NCBI GenBank assembly: GCA_965218695.1
Contig: OZ244651.1
Location: forward strand, 352,001-416,000
DNA length: 64,000 bases
Source: Nitrosopumilus sp.
GTDB lineage: Archaea; Thermoproteota; Nitrososphaeria; Nitrososphaerales; Nitrosopumilaceae
Reading direction: 5' to 3'
In this document: one piece after another, positions 40,377 through 50,020 of the stretch
How positions within the stretch are numbered: position 1 is the first letter of the stretch
Layout: each line of letters opens with the position of its first letter
Notes under the pieces: model-generated
The model's input: only the letters and a program-made list of their open reading frames with translations
What the model was told of the DNA's origin: nothing
The model's database searches: none
Program-made: the position numbers and the translations under genes

Positions 40377-41495
40377 CTACTCGTCCTTCATGACTTGTCT
40401 GATCTTGGAGCGATACAGCTTTTCGTTTCTGTCCTCGTACAGGGTGTCTTCTGTCAGCATGTGCCAGATGATAGTCAGCATCTTGTTTGCCACGTGCGTT
40501 ATGGCGACGTGGTGCTTGTGCCTCTTCATGATGCGCGTGTAGTATTCCTTCACCCTTGCGTCATGGAGCACTGCAGCAAGCGCGCACTGGACCATGATCC
40601 AGTTGACCTTCCTGTTTGAGTCCTTTTTCATCCTGCCGTGGTATGACGTGTCGCCTGACTGGTGAAGCGTCGGGCACATGCCGGCCCAGGACACGAACTT
40701 TTTTGGGTTCCCAAACCGTTTGATGTCGTCGATCTCTGCTGCCAGCAACGCTGCAGAAAATACGTTCATCCCAGTCATGCTCAGCAGCAGCTTCGGGTAG
40801 TGGGTGTCGCGGACGTATCCCTTGATCTCGACTTCGGTCTTTTTTATCTCGTCGTTGCAGTGCCGTATCTGCGATATGCAGCCGTCCAGCACGAACCTGT
40901 CCCGAGAATTCTTCATGTCTGCCTCTTCAAGATACTTTAGGGCCTTTCCCCTCCAGATGTGGCGTCCTCCATCCTTTGGATTTATGTCGCATTTGTCTGT
41001 CAGCGTGTGCACAAAGTTGATCACTTTTGTCCGGTCCTGCACCAGGGTTATCTGGTACCTGAGGATCTGCTTCATTCCCCTGGATTCGGCCGAGCCTATG
41101 TGGCAGCTCGAAATCAAGTCGGCTCGCAGCAGGTGGGCAAGCATCCTTGCGTCTATGGTGTCGTTTTTTATGCTGGCCGACGAGATTGCCTTGATCTTGA
41201 ACGGATTGGCAAGCATCAGCGGGATTCCGGCAGATTCAAATGCATCAGCAGTCTTTATCCAGTGGTTTCCTGTGGATTCGCAGACTGCCCTGCACTGACC
41301 GTATGTGGCCTTTGCGTATGCGGCAAACTCTGATGAATCCCGGGACGTGTTGCTGTACGATGACTCTTCCAGGATTGTCCCTTCATGGCTCATCACGCAC
41401 GTCACGCATTTTCTCTTTCCTATGTCGATTCCAATACTCTTTTCTATTTCTTTCACCTCCTTTTTTTTGTGTGGCAGGCCGGAAGCTGCATCCAT
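40377..41495 (-). CDS. IS110 DEDD recombinase (true start probably near 41447-41456)
   Basis: GIDIGK, CESTG, KNDTIDA and QSG motifs all intact. Confidence 0.93.
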   Translation of the reverse strand: MDAASGLPHKKKEVKEIEKSIGIDIGKRKCVTCVMSHEGTILEESSYSNTSRDSSEFAAYAKATYGQCRAVCESTGNHWIKTADAFESAGIPLMLANPFKIKAISSASIKNDTIDARMLAHLLRADLISSCHIGSAESRGMKQILRYQITLVQDRTKVINFVHTLTDKCDINPKDGGRHIWRGKALKYLEEADMKNSRDRFVLDGCISQIRHCNDEIKKTEVEIKGYVRDTHYPKLLLSMTGMNVFSAALLAAEIDDIKRFGNPKKFVSWAGMCPTLHQSGDTSYHGRMKKDSNRKVNWIMVQCALAAVLHDARVKEYYTRIMKRHKHHVAITHVANKMLTIIWHMLTEDTLYEDRNEKLYRSKIRQVMKDE

Positions 41496-41597
41496 CTATC
41501 AGGGCTCGAAGCCCAGTAACACAGCAGCTCGGATCGCCCCATTCAACAACTAGGTCTTTGTGACCAGGTGAATTTAGGGGTCAGCCCGCCACAGGTA
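41480..41597 (-). ncRNA. Putative IS110 bridge RNA (target-binding and donor-binding loops); 5-prime end separated by IS630 and continuing at 42854-42870
   Basis: CCCC-[TAAATTCACCT]-GGTC-ACAAA-GACC-[TAGTTGTTGAAT]-GGGG, then AGCTGC-[TGTGTTACT]-GGGCT-TCG-AGCCC-[TGATAGATGGAT]-GCAGCT; three of the four loop strands clearly match target or donor. Confidence 0.8.
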
Positions 41598-42851
41598 TAC
41601 CAAAAGTGAAAAGTTGATGCGATTGTCACATATTTTACCACATCTAAAGTTATACCAATTTCACGTCCCACAGTCAATGAAGATCAAGACGATGTTGAAA
41701 AGATACGCCGCTGAGACAGACTGCGATACCAAGGACCGCATGATGCTGATCATCAGAGTCAAACGTGATGGAATAACCATGAGGGATTCTGCAAAATCCC
41801 TGGGAAAGTCAGCCTCGTGGGGCTACAAGTGGCACGAGCGCTACCTGGAAGTCGGATTTGACAGGCTGGGAAACATGCCGCGCTCCGGCAGGCCGACCAA
41901 GGCGAGCAAGGCAGACATGAAGAAGATCAGAAAGGCCGCATGCAGGAAACCTGTCTGGACTGGCATGGAGATGCAGCAATACATCCAACAGAAGACCGGA
42001 GTGAAGTACGAACTCGGATATGTGCGCCAGATACTGCGCGGGTGGGGCTATTCCCAAAAGGTTCCCGTAGGAAAACATGCAAGAAGGGCGCCTGACGAGG
42101 AGATCAGGAAATTCCAAAAAGAGATGCCAGAGCTTATAAAAAAAAGAACAGTGAAGGAACAGTCGTAGCGATACAGGACGAGTCCATAGTAATCTCCGAT
42201 GCGCGGCCGCGAAGACGCGGCTACACCAGGAAGGGAATACGGGCGTTTTTCACGTACACCGGCTCACACTCCAAGACGATAATCCATGGACTAATCACCA
42301 CGGACGGCAGGGGCATGTTCCGGCAGTACGATGCGTTTACCAAGGACACCTTTGAGGACTTTCTAAGGCAGGCGATGTACAGGTTCAAGAAGATCTGCCT
42401 GATCATGGACAAGGCCTCCCAGCACAGGGCATCAAACATACGCAAACTGCTTGATGGCACAGACGGCCTGGAGATAATCTTCCTGCCAACTGCGACCCCG
42501 GACCTGAGCGCCATAGAGACGTACTGGAGGGATCTCAAACGGGCAGTGCTTGACGTGCCGTACACCAGCCTGAGCATGCTCCGCGAGGCGATCACCAGGT
42601 ACGCGAGGTACAAAAAACCAAATCTGGTAGTCGAGAATTTTCTGTACAGGGCCATCTAGAACGACATCAAACCACACCGGATCCACGCCGCCTAGCGTGT
42701 GCCATGCACGGCGCATCAGAGCATGCAATGTCTAATGTTCGGGGCGTCTTTTCTCGTCATTTGGGAATTCAACGCACCTCGTAATTTCCAGAGATGGATG
42801 TCGCATCAAAAATTTATGAGCGATTTTGATATGAATTTTTCATTGCTGGTA
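41598..42851 (+). mobile_element. IS630-family element inserted in the IS110 left end
   Basis: TA duplication (41596-41597, 42852-42853); TIRs TACCAAAAGTGAAAAGTT / TACCAGCAATGAAAAATT. Confidence 0.92.
41677..42659 (+). CDS. IS630 transposase in two frames joined by a probable -1 frameshift
   Basis: HTH ORF to 42168; A8G run 42138-42146; the -1 frame continues KNSEGTVVAIQDES...MDKASQH...PDLSAIETYW. Confidence 0.85.
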
Positions 42852-43771
42852 TAGTGGGTGGGTGGGGTTATCATGTATTCAACAACACCAACGTGTACGC
42901 CAACAAAAACGGGGTGATAATCGGCATATCCAAGAGCACCGTCGGGTCAGTCGGCGACATCACGCTTCTCAAGGAACGCCCCATGCCGTTTGGAAGATGG
43001 GAGGAGGCGATGCACGACCCGGATCTGCCCGAGGCACAACGGTGCCACGTCTTTGTCGACCGCGGCTACCAGGGGATCGAAAAACACCTGCCCGGCACGA
43101 CCCCGGAGATCCCGTACAAGAAGAGCAAGAAGGCGCCCCTGACGCCGGAGCAAAGGGAGCACAACCACAGGATCCACTCCGAGCGCGTGCTAGTCGAGCA
43201 CACCATAGGCAGGCTCAAGCGCTACGCGCGTCTTTCCGACCCGTACGACGGAACCGCGGCGCAGTTCAACCGGGAGTTCAACGTGATCACAGGGCTGGTG
43301 AACCTGGACCTTTTGTGGGACTACGTGCAAAAGGGCCCGCCGCCACCGGGCCGGTGGAGGATGCAGGTAGACTGGGACAAAGCCTGCTCCCGGGAACCTG
43401 TCAAGTAGAATTCAGGGCACATCGAGGTGCTACAGGACTGCGCACGCCATCTTGGATTTTGTAATAAATTAATTCGCCACGCACTCGGCATAGTTGGCAT
43501 TTAGTCGTATTTTTCTGATTTTATGGCCCAAACCGGCAAGATGGGAGGGATTACTCATGAGTTCTATTAGAATTTACCAGAATCGAAGCCATCCGGGCGC
43601 GCGTCGGCCTCTCGCTCCATGGCACGATGCACGGGCGCTGGTTATTAATTGACATTTAATCAGATTTAAAATACCGATCAGCTACTTTTGTAGATTAAAT
43701 CATTCGGAAAGATCATCGGACCGCATAATGACGGATTGTCTGTTCTATTCGAGAGTATTTTGTATCAGACT

Positions 43772-45063
43772 CAGTCTTCCCAGAAGTAGCTCAGGGTAGC
43801 ACCGGCGGCGGGGGCTCCGGCGGCTCTTTGTAGCCAAATACGATCAGCAACAGCAGCATGTCCCTGAGATCCTGTTGGGTGATCGGGGGATCCGTGGGAT
43901 AAATCCCGGTAACGTGCATCAGCGTTGCGTTTGCCATTACCCAAGCGTTAAAGACGGCTACAGAGTACACAAAGCACAAAAGTCGCGCCATCGGGTTCTT
44001 GCTGTGCGTCTTGGCCCTTGTGTTTTCTATCATCCGGTATCCAGTCTCTATGCCCCACCTGTTCCCGTACGAGTCCGGATCCACGTCGGGGACGTTGGTG
44101 GCAAACCCGATGTATTTCTCGTGCGGCAGCAGCTCGTCGTCGTCCTTTCTTTTCTTCCTCTTCTTCCTTTCTGTGATGGTCATCGTATACGACACCTCCC
44201 TGCCATCTCCCCCGACGATGACGGATTTGGAGACGCGGCCGCGCCTGCCTGTAGCAAACTCTGCGATGGCATCCACCACAGTATCCGTATTCTTGCATGG
44301 TATCAGATATTTGATGCCCATGTCCCCAAGCGTCCCCATTACGTCTGCCGTAAAGAACTCCCTGTCCAGCATCGCCATTCCGATGCAGGCCCCCACGTCC
44401 CGTGCAGAGCCGATGATTTTACGCACGAAATCGGCAGTATCCTCAAGTGACGGCATGTTCAGGACGCCTAACACGAGGCGAAGGTTCTGAACCGTGGACT
44501 GTATCGTGATGTACCTCTCAAAGACGTGTGTCCCGTCCTTGGCCTTTGAGCGCACCAGTTCTGCCCCGTAGCTCTTGTCGTATCTGGGTATCAGGTGCAT
44601 GTCGATTGCCAAGTCAATCTCCTGGTCTTTCTTGAGCAGTCTCATCTTGCGCATCTGGTCAAGCTGCAGGACGACTGTCTTGGCAAAGCATTTGTAGACG
44701 TCGCTGCCACGCGTCCGGGATGCCGCATCGCGCATCCACTCATCACTTGGGCGTGAGTCCCCGTCTGCACCGCCGATTCTCTTGGAGGACCTGGTGCATC
44801 CGGCCACCTGCCTGCCGTGCGCACATGCGCCTGCCATGCTTCTGTGAAAATCCTCGGTGCCGTAGATGGCATTGTGCCTGTGTGAGACCATGATGCACGG
44901 GGACATGCCTGCCCCTACCGTGTCCAGAACATCTTGATATATGCGTGGGTTGTTAAGCAAGTCGCGTCTCAGTTGGTTCATTGGTAGTTCGATGACCTTC
45001 TGAGATTGCCCTAATTGATCTGTTTTGATTTTGGGCTGTTTTCAGGTACTTCTGGGAAGACTG
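43772..45063 (-). mobile_element. ISH3-family element
   Basis: TIR CAGTCTTCCCAGAAGTA at both ends; 5-bp TSD AGACT. Confidence 0.92.
43791..44981 (-). CDS. ISH3-like transposase
   Basis: AIDMHLIPRY, MLDREFF, YGNRWGIETGY; paralogue of 18515-19651. Confidence 0.9.
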   Translation of the reverse strand: MNQLRRDLLNNPRIYQDVLDTVGAGMSPCIMVSHRHNAIYGTEDFHRSMAGACAHGRQVAGCTRSSKRIGGADGDSRPSDEWMRDAASRTRGSDVYKCFAKTVVLQLDQMRKMRLLKKDQEIDLAIDMHLIPRYDKSYGAELVRSKAKDGTHVFERYITIQSTVQNLRLVLGVLNMPSLEDTADFVRKIIGSARDVGACIGMAMLDREFFTADVMGTLGDMGIKYLIPCKNTDTVVDAIAEFATGRRGRVSKSVIVGGDGREVSYTMTITERKKRKKRKDDDELLPHEKYIGFATNVPDVDPDSYGNRWGIETGYRMIENTRAKTHSKNPMARLLCFVYSVAVFNAWVMANATLMHVTGIYPTDPPITQQDLRDMLLLLIVFGYKEPPEPPPPVLP

Positions 45064-45122
45064 AGACTTGGCAAGGCACTTAATCTCATCCCAGTTGATT
45101 TTTGGCCCACAACGCATTGCTA

Positions 45123-46210
45123 TAGTGTCAATCAAAAGTCTTCTACGTCAGTCTGAGCGTAACATTTTTTGATCACTCCGCACTACCGCCCACATGGATG
45201 AAAAAAGCAAAAAGCTGTTAATCCAGGCCTACAAGAGAGAGAAGAGGGGAACCATAAAGGGTAGGATCCACGCCGTCTGCATGGTCAAGATCAGGGGGCT
45301 GGGCGTATCCGAGGTGGCATCACTGTGCTTTTGCGACCCGCACACTGTCACAAGCTGGGTCCGGCACTTTGAAAGCGAGGGTCTTGCAGGCCTGGAAGAC
45401 AGGCCCCGCCCGGGCAGGCCGCCCAAGGTCGGGCTTGAGAAGATTGCGGGGCTTGCAGCAAGGACTGGCAGCATCACAACTCCAAAGCAGCTCAAAGAAA
45501 ACATACGCAAAGAATTCAAGGTGACATACCACATTTCAAACGTCACAAAGATAATGCACAGGCTTGGCCTGTCTGCCAAGACGGTCCAGCGCATCCACGT
45601 CAACAGGCCAGGGATCAAAAAGATCAGGCAGTGGCAGCGCAACGCCAAAAGGCGGATTTCACGCCTGCAAGAGAAGGGTTTTCTCCCAGTCGTCTTTGAC
45701 GAGGCCATATTTGTAGACGATCCGGCATCGGGCGTAAAGTATTGGTCGCCAGAAGGCGAGCCGATTGTCACGACATACAAGGGACGGCACGGAAAGGTGG
45801 TGGCATACGGTTCCATTGTAACAGACGGCAGGCAGTTCTTCAGGACGCATGAAAAATTTGACAAGGAGACGGTCCTGCAGTATCTCAAGGATCTGGTCAG
45901 GCATTTTGGAAAGGTGGTCGTAATCATGGATAATGCGCCACAACACAAGTCAAGGATCGTGATGAAATTTCTAAAGGAAAATCCCGACATCAAGGTCATG
46001 TGGCTTCCAGCTGCAACGCCCGAGCTTAGCGGCGTGGAGGAGTACTGGCACCAGGCAAAACGTAACGTGCTGGTGTCCGAGTACTATGCCACGATAGTGC
46101 AGATGCGCAACGCGATGTCGGAGTATTTCAGGACCGCGCGTCCAAGGATTGACGTAATGGAGTTCATCTGTAGAAAGTCCCTAAATGTAAAAAACTTTTG
46201 ATCGACACTA
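45123..46210 (+). mobile_element. IS630-family element
   Basis: TA duplication in a CTAG target; TIR TAGTGTC(A/G)ATCAAAAGT. Confidence 0.92.
45194..46201 (+). CDS. IS630 transposase
   Basis: DRPRPGRP, FDEA, MDNAPQH, PELSGVEEYW. Confidence 0.93.
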   Translation: MDEKSKKLLIQAYKREKRGTIKGRIHAVCMVKIRGLGVSEVASLCFCDPHTVTSWVRHFESEGLAGLEDRPRPGRPPKVGLEKIAGLAARTGSITTPKQLKENIRKEFKVTYHISNVTKIMHRLGLSAKTVQRIHVNRPGIKKIRQWQRNAKRRISRLQEKGFLPVVFDEAIFVDDPASGVKYWSPEGEPIVTTYKGRHGKVVAYGSIVTDGRQFFRTHEKFDKETVLQYLKDLVRHFGKVVVIMDNAPQHKSRIVMKFLKENPDIKVMWLPAATPELSGVEEYWHQAKRNVLVSEYYATIVQMRNAMSEYFRTARPRIDVMEFICRKSLNVKNF

Positions 46211-46595
46211 TAGTCTTTGCAGGTCTTCAATGCCTTGGTCACGTCCCGCCCTAAACTTTGCAACAACCAATCCTTCCAAAGAGATGGCATTAACGGTAGT
46301 CCCCTTTTTGTCTACCGGAATTACCGCTGCCGTCTTTATAATGTGCTTCAGCGGAATGCCATTCAAGTCTCGCCTATCATATACATCAATCTTTTATCCC
46401 CCTGTGTGATTTTTTATCTTTTCGCTGGTCGATTGTGTATCCCTTGTCCAAAAACTCGGCGTTTGTTATTTGTTCGGCAACGACAAAATTCCGATCCAGG
46501 GATTGCCGCTGCTCACCGGCATGCAGCATGACTGCAACTGTCCCGACAAACGTGGCAGTTCCAAAATCTTGGTAAATGTATATGGTTTCTTTAAT

Positions 46596-48079
46596 AGAAG
46601 ATATGCGTAATCCGGAACTTTTTCAAACTCCGCGCTGACATGTTAGCCCTGCTGTCAAAAATTTATGATCCATCCAATTAAAACCAGAATATGCCGGTTC
46701 ATACTGTTGTCGAATCAGGAAACAAGTGACCTGCAAAAAGAGAACAAGACTCTCAGAGACATGATCAAGCGCCAGGACGCAGCTGCCAGGCACGAGCAAA
46801 GCCTGTGGGGTACGCGAGACGGCTCCGAGTCTGGAGCCGCAGGGGAGCCCGCCCTGCTGCATCGCGTGGAGGTCTTTGATGAGATCATCAGAGTCGAGAA
46901 AAATCTTCATGACGCGACGCTGAAGTGCAGGGAACAGTTCCAATACATGCTTGACAGGGCCGAGGCATGGATAAGGCAAAGCGGCAAATCCCCGCTCTTC
47001 AGGAACGACGAGACGAGGGCGTCGGATCCCGGGAACCGCTGCAAGCTGTACCCAAGGCACGCGCTGCTCATGGCGCTGATGTACAAAAAGGGCAACCCCA
47101 CGCAGGGCGCGCTTGCGGCATTCTTTGGAATAGACCAGGCAACCGTGTCCCGGTATATCGATGTGCTAGACGGGGTGCTTGAGGCGGCGCTGCCCACTGC
47201 TGCCAACATATCAAAGGAGATAGCAGGCACGGAGACAAAAGAGGATCTCAAAAAAATAATTTCCGGGCCGGACGGGGGCATCATGATGATCGACGGCACG
47301 CACTGCCCCATACAGAGGCCGGACGAAAAACAGATGAGGAGCATGATGTATTCTGGCAAGAAGAAGAAATTCACGCTCAACACCACCGTGTGCATAAACG
47401 AAAACGGGGTGATAGTCGCCATATCCGGCAGCACCGTGGGATCCGTCCACGACATCACGCTGCTCAGGGAGAGCCCGCTGCCATTTGGAAAATGGTGGGA
47501 CCGCATGTGCGACGAGAACACCCCCGAAGAGGACAGGATCCACACCCTTACTGACCGCGGCTACAAGGGAATCGCAAAGGATCTGCCCGGAACAAACACC
47601 CTGCAGCCGCACAAGAAGACCAAAAACCACAAGCGCTTTACAAAGGAGGAAAAGGAGCACAACCACGCCATCAACTCGGCCAGGGTAAAGGTAGAGCACT
47701 CCATCGGCAGGCTGAAGCGGTACGGCCGGCTTACCGCGCCATACAAGGGAAAGATTGGCGACTTTAACAGGGAATTTAACATAATAACCGGACTCGTAAA
47801 CCTGGACCTCCTGTGGAACCAGATGAAGAAAGGACCTCCTTCAGGTAGCACGCTGGGGCCGGTAATAAACTGGGAAGAGGCAAACGTCCCCGGCAGCGCC
47901 GTTTCAAACAATTAATTCCGTGCACATCGTGGTGCTGCAAGGTTGCGCACGTTATTTTGTATTTCTGGCAGGACAGGATCCCCACATGGCTAACATGGCG
48001 ATAATTAAATTAGAATTTTTAATATTTTCTGGTTTTTCTGGTTTAACCCAACGAAATGGAGGGATTACGCATGGCTTCT
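46596..48079 (+). mobile_element. IS5/ISL2-like element, copy B
   Basis: TIRs as in copy A; TSD AAT (46593-46595, 48080-48082). Confidence 0.92.
46665..47915 (+). CDS. IS5/ISL2-like transposase
   Basis: Nearly identical to 2349-3662 but 21 aa shorter in the coiled coil. Confidence 0.92.
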   Translation: MIHPIKTRICRFILLSNQETSDLQKENKTLRDMIKRQDAAARHEQSLWGTRDGSESGAAGEPALLHRVEVFDEIIRVEKNLHDATLKCREQFQYMLDRAEAWIRQSGKSPLFRNDETRASDPGNRCKLYPRHALLMALMYKKGNPTQGALAAFFGIDQATVSRYIDVLDGVLEAALPTAANISKEIAGTETKEDLKKIISGPDGGIMMIDGTHCPIQRPDEKQMRSMMYSGKKKKFTLNTTVCINENGVIVAISGSTVGSVHDITLLRESPLPFGKWWDRMCDENTPEEDRIHTLTDRGYKGIAKDLPGTNTLQPHKKTKNHKRFTKEEKEHNHAINSARVKVEHSIGRLKRYGRLTAPYKGKIGDFNREFNIITGLVNLDLLWNQMKKGPPSGSTLGPVINWEEANVPGSAVSNN

Positions 48080-48204
48080 AATGAATGGATTCATTTGGCA
48101 GCATGGCAGCAGCGTCATTGTATCCAGTCTAGTCCTGTCTAAGAACCCCGATCCCATGACCCATCTAATGGACCAGGTAATTCCAAGCGTGCCGCCTGTT
48201 TTTG

Positions 48205-48825
48205 TCATTGGTTTAAGGAAAATAACATGTCCACTCCAAAATAAACCAGCGTCAGGCTCAGCCCGAACACAATCATCTTCAAGCTTCGGCTTGAAAGTAT
48301 CTTTGCCCCTCTCGATGCAAGATGTGCGACAATACCCAGCCAGGCAAAATCCATCCAAATGTGTAGCGCAAACAAAACCAGCATGCCGCCAAATGCCCAG
48401 ATTAATAATGCATCCGAAATTAGCTTAAACCCGATAGTAATCCACCAGATTATAAAAAATGGGTTTAGTCCGCTAAGGGCCATTCCTGTAATCAGGGGGC
48501 TCCTCCTTGACTCCGTGACGAAATTTCCGCCGTTCCCAAACAATGCCCTGATCTGCATGCCTGCAAACACAAAAAGGAAGACTGCCCCCAGAATCGAAAT
48601 TACTACCCTGTACTCTGAAAATGACTCAAGCGAGACTGCCCCGATACCCAGTATTATGACTATGGGAAATTCAACAATCGCATGTCCGACTGCCATCTTG
48701 AGGCCTGCCCTCGTGCCTCCCTTTAGTCCGTATGAGATGTTTGCCACAAAGAGTGGTCCAGGTGCCATCACGCCTGATGCTGAAACCACCACTACCAGCA
48801 CTACAAACTCTAGAACCTGGGTCAT
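48205..48825 (-). CDS. LysE-family amino-acid exporter
   Basis: MAPGP, GHAIVE, LNPFFIIWW; six TM segments. Confidence 0.88.
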   Translation of the reverse strand: MTQVLEFVVLVVVVSASGVMAPGPLFVANISYGLKGGTRAGLKMAVGHAIVEFPIVIILGIGAVSLESFSEYRVVISILGAVFLFVFAGMQIRALFGNGGNFVTESRRSPLITGMALSGLNPFFIIWWITIGFKLISDALLIWAFGGMLVLFALHIWMDFAWLGIVAHLASRGAKILSSRSLKMIVFGLSLTLVYFGVDMLFSLNQ

Positions 48826-48876
48826 TATTCCCTGAAATAAGTAATCAAGAGAAATTCCGCCTTGGCCAAACCGTAT

Positions 48877-49821
48877 CTACTTCAGCCTTGCAGCCAGTGC
48901 AGCATAGATGAACGGTAGTATCGTTGTTGCCTCTGCGTGGAGCGTAGTCTGTTTTGCTTCCTGCGTCACTTTTCCCCAGGATATTGCCTCCTTGACGAGT
49001 GCCCCGCTGAGGCTTCCGTCAAACTCCTGTGCCGTTGTTATGTAGAATGCATAATCAAGTCCGTCCCTGTACTGATTCCACCACATCGTATGGTGTTTTG
49101 ATAGTCCCCCTCCAATCATGAACGCCCCCGATTTTTCCGCCTTAAAGACCAGTCCTGAAAGAAGATTCGCATCCCCTATCATGTCTATCTTGAAGTCGTT
49201 ATGCTTCTGTGTGAACAGCCATATCTGGCTCCCGACTGCCCCGTCCATAATTCCGGGCACTACCACGCTGACATTGTTTTTGTATGCCCAATAAAGAAAA
49301 GAGTCCTCTGCCATATGACTTCCAATCATTTTGCATATCTGTGCCGTAGTCATCTCCCTTGTCCCGTTTTGATACTCCTCCTCCAGAAATGCCTGCATCC
49401 TCTCTTCTATGATCGGGCCGTAGCTGCTCATGGGCACCAGTATGTTTCCCAACCTGTGAATCTCCTGCTCTGCCAGTTCCCCGTCGTCCATTGTAAACGA
49501 GCCTTCCTTGTAGTGTGAAAAATGCCTTGCAATGTCATGATCCAGTGCCCCGCAGGTTGTCACCACCACGTCAAACCATCCGTTTTTTATCATGTCCCTG
49601 ATGATTCCCCTCAGGCCAGTCGATACCACTGCCCCAATAAACGAGAGAAACTTGAGACAGTTCTCCTGCGGGATCATCTCTCCGAGAATCTCCAGCCCGT
49701 CTGACAGATTTACCGATTCAAATCCCCCGGACTGGGAGAGCTCCTCAAATATTTTTAATATCGGAGTATCTGAATTAATCTCAATATCCTTGACTGGTCG
49801 GCCTGGCTCTATCATGCCCAT
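48877..49821 (-). CDS. dys: Deoxyhypusine synthase
   Basis: STGLRG, IGGGLSKHH, DGSLSGA...EAISWGK; start set at the MGMIE ATG. Confidence 0.93.
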   Translation of the reverse strand: MGMIEPGRPVKDIEINSDTPILKIFEELSQSGGFESVNLSDGLEILGEMIPQENCLKFLSFIGAVVSTGLRGIIRDMIKNGWFDVVVTTCGALDHDIARHFSHYKEGSFTMDDGELAEQEIHRLGNILVPMSSYGPIIEERMQAFLEEEYQNGTREMTTAQICKMIGSHMAEDSFLYWAYKNNVSVVVPGIMDGAVGSQIWLFTQKHNDFKIDMIGDANLLSGLVFKAEKSGAFMIGGGLSKHHTMWWNQYRDGLDYAFYITTAQEFDGSLSGALVKEAISWGKVTQEAKQTTLHAEATTILPFIYAALAARLK

Positions 49822-50020
49822 ATTCGTTGGCGCCGTGTATAAAACTCTGCCTTGACTGCTAGAGACGGGACTCCAAGCCTGTGTTCGATTACACAACTCG
49901 GGGGGGGGGGGAAGGGATCGCAGGCACGACACATCTTATTCTTCGATGCGCCTGGACACAATGAACAGTCAGCCACCCGAGTCAAAAGCTTTAAACCCGT
50001 CTGTCAGCACATCCATTCGA

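Larger units (their letters stand above)
40095..42881 (-). mobile_element. IS110-family element
   Basis: Only a 2-bp core (CA/TG) is repeated at the junctions (40095-40096, 42880-42881); subterminal IRs ATGTTAACCC / ATGATAACCC; long non-coding ends. Confidence 0.9.
39334..43408 (+). pseudogene. IS5/ISL2-like transposase split by IS110 (39334-40096 plus 42882-43408)
   Basis: Rejoining gives YSGKKKKFT-NNTNVYAN, matching the paralogue YSGKKKKFTLNTTVCIN; 21-bp LEQKDKK repeat at 39406-39498. Confidence 0.92.
39216..43565 (+). mobile_element. IS5/ISL2-like element carrying nested IS110 and IS630 insertions
   Basis: TIRs AGATCATATGAGTAATCG / AGAACTCATGAGTAATCC; 3-bp TSD ATT (39213-39215, 43566-43568). 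Confidence 0.9.
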
